A stretch of DNA of 32,000 bases from Nanobdellota archaeon (GTDB taxonomy: Archaea > Nanobdellota > Nanobdellia > Nanobdellales > Nanobdellaceae), in assembly GCA_042850255.1 (NCBI GenBank), contig AP031373.1:240001-272000 (forward strand). The letters are read 5' to 3'. Numbering within the stretch: position 1 is the first letter of the stretch; each line of letters begins with the position of its first letter. Below are positions 8,520 to 18,590 of this stretch, in pieces. The translations under genes and the position numbers were made by a program. The notes under the pieces are model-generated. The model saw only the letters and a list, made by a program, of their open reading frames with translations, did no database searches and was not told the DNA's origin.

Positions 8520-10013
8520 ATGATAAATATAAAATTCATTGATGAAATAAAAATAAATGTACCAAAAAATAAATTCGAGACAGATATAATTTATCCAATA
8601 ATAGAACCTTTTGCTTATGCGCATATTTATTTTGATAGACAATCTTATAATTTAATTTATGAAATTATAGAACCAAAATTATCAGAAAATGAAAGAAAAG
8701 TTTATCAGGATGTTATAATTTATATAGAGAGATTATTATACATAAAATTATCTGATATAAATAATATAAATGATGTAATAAATTATTTACAAAGATTATA
8801 TGACTTTGTTTTAAAAGATTTGGGTATTACATTAGGTAAGGATTCTTATGAGAAAATATTTTATTATATTTTTAGGGATTTATATGGATATGGAAAAATA
8901 GAACCTTTAATTAGAGATCCATTAATTGAAGATATAGAATGTTCAGGTGCAGATTTACCAATATTTGTTGTTCATAGGTATTTTGGTAATTTAAAAACAA
9001 ATATAATTTTAAATGATAAAGAAATAAGAGATGCTATAGAAAAATTTGCTTTAAGATCTGGAAAACATATTTCTTATGCAGAACCTTTATTAGATGCAAC
9101 ATTACCAGATGGTTCAAGAATAAATGCAACATATTCTCAAGAAATTACTACTAGAGGACCTACTTTTACAATAAGAAAATTTAGAGAGTCTCCATGGACT
9201 CCTATAGAATTAATAAGATTAGGAACTGCGACCCCGGAAATATTTGCATATTTATGGTTAGCAGTCGAATTTAAGAAAAATATAATAGTAATTGGAGGTA
9301 CTGCTTCTGGAAAGACTACAATGTTGAATGCTATAGCAATGTTTATTCCTCCAGAAGCTAGAATAGTATCTATAGAAGATACTAGAGAAATAAGATTGTA
9401 TCATCAAAACTGGGTTCCTTCTGTTGTAAGATATGCATCAGATAAAAGTAGAGAAATAGATATGTTTGAACTATTAAGGATGTCGTTTAGACAAAGACCT
9501 GATTATGTAATTGTTGGGGAAGTTAGAGGACAAGAGGCATATGTAATGTTCCAAGGTATGGCATCTGGTCATGCTGCTTTATCTACAATACATGCAGAAG
9601 ATACTAAATCATTAATAAATAGATTAGTTACTCCACCAATAAGTTTACCAGAATCATTAATAGAATTATTAAATGTTGTTGTAATAATGCAACATGATAA
9701 TTTTTTAGGAACTAATTTAAGAAGAGTAAAGGAGATTGACGAAATAATAAATTATAATAGATTTAATAAAGCATTTTTGTGGAATCCTTTTAAAAGAGAG
9801 TATTTAGAAAATAATAGAAAATATTTATTCAAATTGATAGAAAAAGATTTTGGAATAAGATATAGAGATTTATATGAAGAATATATTACAAGAGTAAAAT
9901 TATTAAAAAGACTTGCAGAATTAAATATATCAGATTTTCAAACATTTTCTAAAATAATACAAACTTACCATTATAATAAAGAATATGTATTAAATTATTA
10001 TAATATTAGATAA
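8520..10013 (+). CDS. FlaI/ArlI-PilB-type (VirB11 superfamily) secretion ATPase
   Basis: Walker A is GGTASGKTTMLNA. The Asp/Walker B region is SIEDTREI...RQRPDYVIVGEVRGQEA, the His box is GHAALSTIHA, and the PDGSRINAT motif is present. Confidence 0.9.
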   Translation: MINIKFIDEIKINVPKNKFETDIIYPIIEPFAYAHIYFDRQSYNLIYEIIEPKLSENERKVYQDVIIYIERLLYIKLSDINNINDVINYLQRLYDFVLKDLGITLGKDSYEKIFYYIFRDLYGYGKIEPLIRDPLIEDIECSGADLPIFVVHRYFGNLKTNIILNDKEIRDAIEKFALRSGKHISYAEPLLDATLPDGSRINATYSQEITTRGPTFTIRKFRESPWTPIELIRLGTATPEIFAYLWLAVEFKKNIIVIGGTASGKTTMLNAIAMFIPPEARIVSIEDTREIRLYHQNWVPSVVRYASDKSREIDMFELLRMSFRQRPDYVIVGEVRGQEAYVMFQGMASGHAALSTIHAEDTKSLINRLVTPPISLPESLIELLNVVVIMQHDNFLGTNLRRVKEIDEIINYNRFNKAFLWNPFKREYLENNRKYLFKLIEKDFGIRYRDLYEEYITRVKLLKRLAELNISDFQTFSKIIQTYHYNKEYVLNYYNIR

Positions 10014-10029
10014 TTTTTTATTAAAATTT

Positions 10030-10053
10030 GGGGTCTAGGAGGTATATAGTCTC
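10030..10053 (-). other. 3'-flank strand of the 23S processing helix
   Basis: AGGAGGTATATAGTCTC (10037-10053) is the exact reverse complement of 12964-12980. GGGG at 10030-10033 faces CCCC(C) at 12986-12990. Confidence 0.65.
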
Positions 10054-12963
<2,910 letters not shown>

Positions 12964-12990
12964 GAGACTATATACCTCCTTTCATCCCCC
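12964..12990 (-). other. 5'-flank strand of the 23S processing helix
   Basis: GAGACTATATACCTCCT (12964-12980) pairs with 10037-10053. Confidence 0.65.
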
Positions 12991-13062
12991 TCATATTAAT
13001 TATCAGGAATCCCTTACCTTACCATTTGGGTAAGGAAGTTCATTATATACATATACCATATA

Positions 13063-13076
13063 TAATATTTAAAAAG
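13063..13076 (-). promoter_or_regulatory. Putative 23S rRNA promoter element (reverse complement CTTTTTAAATATTA)
   Basis: It has the same 14-mer as 2409-2422 upstream of the 16S. It lies ~85 nt upstream of the 23S processing helix. The region is also divergent to proS. Confidence 0.4.
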
Positions 13077-13084
13077 ATATCTTC

Positions 13085-14779
13085 GTGTCTTTTACAATTA
13101 TGAACAAAAATAACAAGAAAAAAGAGGAGGATTTCTCTGAATGGTATAATTGGATTGTAAGAGAAACAAATATTATAGATGATAGATACCCCGTTAAGGG
13201 TATGCCTGTATACTTTTCCTATGGTTATATAATGATAAGAAATATTCTAAGAGCTTTAGAAGATGAATTAGATAAAAATGGATTTGAACCTTATTGGTTT
13301 CCTGTTCTAATACCATATGATATTTTTAAAAAAGAATCAGAACATATAAAAGGATTTGAAAAAGAAGTTTTTTATGTAACACCAGCAAAACCTATTGAAG
13401 AAGAAAAAAATTTAATTTATATATTAAGACCAACATCAGAAACCGAAATGTATTATATGTTTTCATTATGGATAAAATCCCATAGAGATTTACCATTATT
13501 AACTTATATGACAAATACTGTATATAGATATGAAACAAAAGCTACAAAACCATTAATGAGGGGAAGAGAAATATTATGGAATGAAGCACATACTGTACAT
13601 AAAGATATTGATGATGCTCAAAGAATGATTAAGAAATCTATGGAAATTTATTCAAAAATATTTTGGGATTTATTATCTGTACCACATATATGGGTGATGA
13701 GACCTAGTTGGGATAAATTTGCAGGTGCAGATTATACTTATGCTGCAGATACTATAATGCCTGATGGAAGATTTTTACAAATTGGTACTACTCATTTATT
13801 AGGTAGAAATTTCTCAAAAGCCTTTAATATAATTTTTGAAGATGAACATCCTTTTATAAAAATTGATAAAAATAAATTTGAAGCTTTTGATGAAAAAGGA
13901 AATAAATATGAAATAGAAATATATGAAAATAAAATTAAAATTTTGTATTATGAAAATAATGAAATAAAACATATATATGAATCTGATATAAAGTTTAATG
14001 GAGAAATATCTGAGGATAACAGAGAATTAATAAACTTATTACATGAGAAAATAAAAGAATTTTTTGGAGAAGTAAAATTAAAAAAAGAAAAATTTGTATG
14101 GCAAACATCTTTTGGAATAGCTATGAGAACCTTAGCTGCAGTAATATCTATACATGGTGATGATAAAGGTCTAATATTACCATTTTACATTGCTCCAATT
14201 CAAATAATAATAATTCCAATATATTATTCTGAAGAAGAAAAAAATAAAGTATTAGAATTCTGTGAAAAAATATATAATAAATTAAAAGATAAATATAGAG
14301 TAAAAATTGATAAAGATGATACAAAAAGTCCTGGATGGAAATTTAATCAATATGAAATGTTAGGAGTACCAATTAGGATTTCTATAGGAAAAAAGGAAAT
14401 TGAAGATAATTATATAACAGTATCCGTTAGAAAATTCAATGAAAAATCTCAAAGTTATTATATAGAACTTGAAAAAATTGATGATGAATTGGAGAATATA
14501 ATAGAAAATTATGAAAAAGAATTAAAAGAGAGGGCAAAAAAATATTTTGAAAGCAAAATAATAAAAACAGAAAAAATAGAAGATATAGAAAAAAATATTG
14601 ATAAAGGAGTAGTATTTAAGGTACCTTTCTGTATGAGAGAAGAATGCGCAGATAATATTAAGAAAAAATATAATATGGAAGTAAGAGGAACTGATATAGA
14701 ACCTGAAATATCTTCAGGAAAATGCATATTTTGCAATAATGAAGCAAAATATTATGTATATTTAGGTAGATCTTACTAG
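13085..14779 (+). CDS. proS: Prolyl-tRNA synthetase (archaeal/eukaryote-like class IIa) with an internal ~80-aa insertion
   Basis: Motifs include FSEWYNWIV...DRYPVKG, LRPTSET, YRYE, GREILWNEAHT, QIGTTHLLGRNFSKAF, WQTSFG, HGDDKGLILP, and a C-terminal Zn-like FCMREEC...CIFCN. The track start at 13085 is GTG; an ATG at 13100 (MNKNN...) is an alternative start. Confidence 0.9.
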   Translation: MSFTIMNKNNKKKEEDFSEWYNWIVRETNIIDDRYPVKGMPVYFSYGYIMIRNILRALEDELDKNGFEPYWFPVLIPYDIFKKESEHIKGFEKEVFYVTPAKPIEEEKNLIYILRPTSETEMYYMFSLWIKSHRDLPLLTYMTNTVYRYETKATKPLMRGREILWNEAHTVHKDIDDAQRMIKKSMEIYSKIFWDLLSVPHIWVMRPSWDKFAGADYTYAADTIMPDGRFLQIGTTHLLGRNFSKAFNIIFEDEHPFIKIDKNKFEAFDEKGNKYEIEIYENKIKILYYENNEIKHIYESDIKFNGEISEDNRELINLLHEKIKEFFGEVKLKKEKFVWQTSFGIAMRTLAAVISIHGDDKGLILPFYIAPIQIIIIPIYYSEEEKNKVLEFCEKIYNKLKDKYRVKIDKDDTKSPGWKFNQYEMLGVPIRISIGKKEIEDNYITVSVRKFNEKSQSYYIELEKIDDELENIIENYEKELKERAKKYFESKIIKTEKIEDIEKNIDKGVVFKVPFCMREECADNIKKKYNMEVRGTDIEPEISSGKCIFCNNEAKYYVYLGRSY

Positions 14780-15011
14780 GTGGCCGTAGGCCACTTTTAG
14801 TATATATTTTTCTTAGCGGATAACCTTGTGCCGTTAGGACACATTTCTCAAGGTGCATACCATCTCTCCAGGTTTGTCCGGAGTTGCCTCCGAACATTTA
14901 CCCTTCATCTTCATCAATGGTATGTCCTATATTTCTTTTTGTGTTGCCAGGGATTTCTCCCTCCGGATTAACCCGGTAACTTTACGGCAAGTGGACCTTC
15001 CCACGGCCACC
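14779..15011 (-). ncRNA. 233-nt structured RNA of unresolved class; SRP/7S RNA is the default guess but is not demonstrated
   Basis: GC-enriched island in AT-rich DNA. The termini pair over 9 bp (GGTGGCCGT 14779-14787 with ACGGCCACC 15003-15011). Read on the minus strand there are two GNRA-capped hairpins (GGGA-GAAA-UCCC at 14950-14961; GUUCGGAG-GCAA-CUCCGGAC at 14876-14895) and further long-range complementarity. A TATA-like TTATATAT sits at 15033-15040, which is -29 to -22 from the 15011 end. The ORFs predicted across it have rRNA-like junk composition. Confidence 0.6.
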
Positions 15012-15043
15012 TTTTTTATTTTTATCTTTCAAATATATAAGTT

Positions 15044-15205
15044 ATGCCAGAACAACAAACTCCATTATTTACCTATTTAGGATTATATAAATTTGGGAAA
15101 GAAAAATCAAAAATAAAATTAAATAGAAGAAATTTAATAATAATGGTAATTATTTTTGCGGCTTTAGTATATTTAGGAAATTTCCTATTATCATGTCTAG
15201 TCTAA
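15044..15205 (+). CDS. Small tail-anchored membrane protein, probable Sec61-beta (archaeal SecG) homologue (53 aa)
   Basis: Own translation: MPEQQTPLFTYLGLYKFGKEKSKIKLNRRNLIIMVIIFAALVYLGNFLLSCLV. It follows the GL.(R/K)(Y/F)...KI(K/R)(L/V) pattern and ends with a single C-terminal TM, resembling archaeal Sec-beta as I recall it. It falls below the ORF-track cutoff. Confidence 0.4.
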   Translation: MPEQQTPLFTYLGLYKFGKEKSKIKLNRRNLIIMVIIFAALVYLGNFLLSCLV

Positions 15206-15642
15206 CTCAAGATTTAGAATATAATAGAAGATTAAAAGAAGTTTTACATATATATAATGTATCCTTAAAAAATAATAAAGGATTAGAGACAATTAGGAAT
15301 TTTATTAAAGCTGTAGTGGACTATTATGATTATGTAATAGAAATATATTTGAAAAAGAAAGAAGAAGAAGGCATTATAGATAATATTCCGGAGACTCCAT
15401 TAAAAAGATATAAAAAATTTATAGAAATAATAGATAATAAAGAAATAGAAGAATTAACTAAATATTATCCAAATTTAAGAAGATGCTTAAATAATGAAAT
15501 AATAATAACTAACGAATTTAGGAGAACAATGATAATAAAATGTAAAGGATTAAATTTTGAATTTTCTATGGATATAAAAGTTTTGAAAGAAATAGCAGAA
15601 AATGTTAAAAAATTCTCTGAAATAATTGTAAAATATATATAA
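15193..15642 (+). CDS. Hypothetical protein (149 aa), helical and Lys/Glu/Ile-rich
   Basis: Long ORF whose stop overlaps the minD-like start (TAATG). No motif recognised. Confidence 0.5.
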   Translation: MSSLTQDLEYNRRLKEVLHIYNVSLKNNKGLETIRNFIKAVVDYYDYVIEIYLKKKEEEGIIDNIPETPLKRYKKFIEIIDNKEIEELTKYYPNLRRCLNNEIIITNEFRRTMIIKCKGLNFEFSMDIKVLKEIAENVKKFSEIIVKYI

Positions 15643-16397
15643 TGGCAAAAGTTATAACAATTTCTTCAGGAAAGGGAGGAGTTGGAAAAACATTTTTTTC
15701 AATAAATCTATCTAAAGCATTATCTTTACTAGATTTTAGAGTATTATTAATTGATTTCAATTTAACTACTCCAAATGTATCAATTAATTTAGGTCTTGGA
15801 AATGAAAAATATAATATACATAAATTTTTGAGAGGAGAGACAAGTATAATAAAATGTATTAAAAAATATGAAGATAATTTTTATATAATACCAGGAAGTT
15901 TGAACGTAGAAGATATAATAAATATATCTACAGAAAGATTACATGATGGTATATTTACAGTCTACAATAATTATGATTATATAATTATTGATTCTGCTGC
16001 AGGAATTGGAAAAGAAGCTACAGAAGCTTTGAAAAGTGCAGAAGAGGTTATAATTGTAACTAATTATGAAAAGTCATCATTAGTAGATGCTTACAGATTA
16101 ATAAAAGTTCTAAATAAATTAGATATAAATATATTGGGAATTGTTATAAATAAAGTAAGGAAAAGAATAGATTATGTAAAATTAGAAAGCTTTTTAGGAA
16201 AAGAAATAATAGGTATTATACATTATGATGAAAATGTACAAAAATCTATGGATAGTGGTATACCATTATTAGATTATAATATTAATTCTGTAGCATCTAA
16301 GGATATATTAGATATAGCTAGGAAAATTAGTGGAAGAGAATTTAAAGAAAAGGAAAATATATTAAGTAATATATTAAAAATATTTAGATGGAGATAG
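15642..16397 (+). CDS. MinD/ParA-family P-loop ATPase
   Basis: A deviant Walker A (SSGKGGVGKTFFSINLS) is followed by LIDFNL and the IIIDSAAG Walker B-like segment. Confidence 0.85.
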   Translation: MAKVITISSGKGGVGKTFFSINLSKALSLLDFRVLLIDFNLTTPNVSINLGLGNEKYNIHKFLRGETSIIKCIKKYEDNFYIIPGSLNVEDIINISTERLHDGIFTVYNNYDYIIIDSAAGIGKEATEALKSAEEVIIVTNYEKSSLVDAYRLIKVLNKLDINILGIVINKVRKRIDYVKLESFLGKEIIGIIHYDENVQKSMDSGIPLLDYNINSVASKDILDIARKISGREFKEKENILSNILKIFRWR

Positions 16398-16657
16398 ACT
16401 TTGAATTAGATAAAATATATGAAGCATTAGAGAAGAAAAAATATAAAAAAATATTATTACAATTACCAGATGGTTTAAAACCATATTCAAAGGAGATATA
16501 TGATAAAATAAAGGAAAAATATAAAGATCTAGAAATATATATATGGTTTGGAACAGACTTTGGTGGTTGCGACATACCAATATATTTGGATAAATATGGT
16601 TTTGATTTAATAATACATTTTGGACATGATAAATTCTATAAATTAAAACTAGAATGA
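16388..16657 (+). CDS. dph2: Diphthamide synthesis Dph2-like protein, N-terminal fragment only (89 aa)
   Basis: KKILLQLPDGLKPYSKEIYDKI...IWFGTDFGGCDIPIYLDKYGFDLIIHFGH matches the first ~95 residues of archaeal Dph2 (LQ.PEGL ... GACD ... DALIHLGH). The ORF then stops, and nothing downstream continues the homology. Confidence 0.6.
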   Translation: MEIDFELDKIYEALEKKKYKKILLQLPDGLKPYSKEIYDKIKEKYKDLEIYIWFGTDFGGCDIPIYLDKYGFDLIIHFGHDKFYKLKLE

Positions 16658-16881
16658 AAGATTATCTATTATTTTTAGGAATTTTGTTGGTAATAATAGG
16701 AATTTCATTAATAATGCTATATGGAATATTAAATTCTGGAAATGTAAAATATTCCGGAATTATATTAATAGGGCCAATACCAATAGTTATATCAAATTCT
16801 CTAGATTTGTTAATTATATCAATTATAATTCTATTGATTGTTATTATTCTTATTCTCCTCTTCTATAAAATAATTATATAA
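16654..16881 (+). CDS. Small conserved archaeal membrane protein (DUF131-like, GPIPIV motif)
   Basis: 75 aa with two TM segments and the central motif SGIILIGPIPIV, which I recall from the DUF131/TIGR00304 family. An ATGA overlap links it to the upstream ORF. Confidence 0.5.
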   Translation: MKDYLLFLGILLVIIGISLIMLYGILNSGNVKYSGIILIGPIPIVISNSLDLLIISIIILLIVIILILLFYKIII

Positions 16882-17511
16882 TTCCTTTAAATTTTTAAAT
16901 ACCATTGTAGCACCTGCAGATAACAATTCTTTTTTCTTATTTACTCCACTAGCCACCCCTATAACATTTATTCCAGCCCTTTTTGCAGAAATAATCCCAT
17001 AAATGGAATCTTCTATTGCCAATATTTCTGAAGGCAATAAATATAACATTTTTATTGCTTTAATATAACATTCTGGATCCGGTTTTTGTTCTTTTACATC
17101 ATCTCCAGTAATAATTATATCAAATAAATTTAATATATTTAGATGTTTTAATATTTCTATAGAAATTCTCTTTGAATTTGATGTTACTATACCTATTTTA
17201 TATTTCTTTTCCTTAAAATAATTTAGCAATTGTTTAGCACCTATATTAAATTTTATTTTATCTAAATATTCATTAATTATTAAATCTTCTACTTCCCTTT
17301 GTAAATTTTCAGGATCTAAATTTAGATTGTTTTTATTTATAACAGATAAAATTATTTCTTTTGGAGAAGAACCAAAATGATCTAGAGTACTATCTATTTT
17401 AATATTATATTTTTCAAATATTCTTTTATGTGCCTCATCATATATTTTTAGACTATCTATTAAAGTTCCATCTAGATCCATAATTACTCCTTTTAGATTG
17501 TACAATATCAT
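16831..17511 (-). CDS. HAD-superfamily (subfamily IA-like) phosphatase/phosphomutase
   Basis: Motif I is IMDLDGTLIDS, motif II is GIVTSNS, and motifs III/IV are K...AIEDSIYGIISAKRAGI. Confidence 0.8.
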   Translation of the reverse strand: MILYNLKGVIMDLDGTLIDSLKIYDEAHKRIFEKYNIKIDSTLDHFGSSPKEIILSVINKNNLNLDPENLQREVEDLIINEYLDKIKFNIGAKQLLNYFKEKKYKIGIVTSNSKRISIEILKHLNILNLFDIIITGDDVKEQKPDPECYIKAIKMLYLLPSEILAIEDSIYGIISAKRAGINVIGVASGVNKKKELLSAGATMVFKNLKELYNYFIEEENKNNNNQ

Positions 17512-17552
17512 AACTATATAATATTTAAAGAAAACTATAAAATTATTATAGA

Positions 17553-18590
17553 ATGAATATAAAAGAATCTATAAGAAAAATATTAATAGAAGAATATTTA
17601 AATAAAGATAAAGATCCATTTAATAATATAATAGGACAGGAAGATGCTAAAAGACAAATAATTGCATCATTAATATCTGGAAGAAATATTTTAATAATAG
17701 GACCCCCAGGAACTGGAAAAACAACCATAGCAAAAAATATTGCATCTTTATTACCTACTATAGATTTTCCAGAAGGAATTCCTTTATGGGCATATCCAGA
17801 ATTTCCTTTTGTATCTGAAGAATATAGAAAAAAGTGGGAAACTGGACCTTTTATAAAATTAGAAGGAGAAAAAAGATTTATAAGAATACAAGGTTCTTAT
17901 GACTTATCTATTGAAGATCTAATAGGAGATGTAGACCCTTCAAAAGCGTTAAAATATGGAATACACTCCTTAGAATCTTTTATACCTGGAAAGATATTTA
18001 GAGCCCAACATGGAGTTTTATTTTTTGATGAATTGAATAGAGCACCTCCAAAAGTTCAAAATTCTTTACTAGAATTATTAGAAGAAAAAAAGATAACAAT
18101 AGGTGCTTATGAATTCCAAATACCATTAGATTTGATATTTATTGCTACAATGAATCCTGAAAGTTACTATGGAACAGAAAAGTTATCTGATGTATTATTG
18201 GATAGATTTGATGTAGTATACTTGTCTTATCCAAAAGATATAGAAGAAGAAAAACAAATTATATTTAAATATGGAAAAAATTTAAATGTAAATTTCCCAG
18301 AAAAGTTAGTAGAATTATTTTTAAATTATATACAAGAATTAAGAAATGATGATAGATTAGAAAAGAAACCTTCTGTAAGATCTAGTATAGGAATATATGA
18401 AAAAGCACAGGCATTAGCAATAATTGATAAAAAGGAAAATGTAGAATTACAACACATATTTGAAGCTTTATTATCAATATTACCACATAGAATTAGATTA
18501 AAACCTTCTTATAGGATGGAGTATAAAGAAGAAGATTTTATTAAGAATACTTGGAATTCTTTTATAATTGGCAAAGGATTCCGGAGTTGA
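17553..18590 (+). CDS. AAA+ ATPase of the MoxR / Mg-chelatase ChlI-like type
   Basis: Contains IIGQEDAKRQI, Walker A IIGPPGTGKTT, Walker B GVLFFDELNRAPPKVQNSLLELLEE, then IATMNP and LLDRFD. Confidence 0.85.
   Translation: MNIKESIRKILIEEYLNKDKDPFNNIIGQEDAKRQIIASLISGRNILIIGPPGTGKTTIAKNIASLLPTIDFPEGIPLWAYPEFPFVSEEYRKKWETGPFIKLEGEKRFIRIQGSYDLSIEDLIGDVDPSKALKYGIHSLESFIPGKIFRAQHGVLFFDELNRAPPKVQNSLLELLEEKKITIGAYEFQIPLDLIFIATMNPESYYGTEKLSDVLLDRFDVVYLSYPKDIEEEKQIIFKYGKNLNVNFPEKLVELFLNYIQELRNDDRLEKKPSVRSSIGIYEKAQALAIIDKKENVELQHIFEALLSILPHRIRLKPSYRMEYKEEDFIKNTWNSFIIGKGFRS

Noticed and set aside
8478-8642. N-terminal 55 codons of track ORF 7095..8642
   Set aside because: This extension would overlap the divergent ATPase gene by 123 nt and encodes low-complexity Ile/Tyr/Phe sequence. 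The internal Met at 8477 leaves a sensible 42-bp divergent promoter region.
13844-14092. Intein or mobile insertion in proS
   Set aside because: The junctions lack intein splice residues and there are no endonuclease motifs. The composition matches the host gene, so it is most simply a lineage-specific loop insertion.
14779-15011. Calling the structured RNA an RNase P RNA, a 5S rRNA, or tRNA halves
   Set aside because: For RNase P, the CR-I- and CR-V-like strings exist, but the AAG/CUU half of P4 has no complementary partner and the candidate P4 crosses a stronger helix. For 5S, the size (233 nt) is wrong and the loop C/E signatures are absent. For tRNA halves, there is no 7-nt T-loop (UUCRANY) and no acceptor or anticodon features. 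I have left the class unresolved rather than naming one.
14658-15080. ORFs 14658..14897 (-) and 14853..15080 (+)
   Set aside because: They run through the GC-rich structured-RNA island and into the proS 3' end. No motif is recognisable, and the region is better explained by RNA secondary structure.
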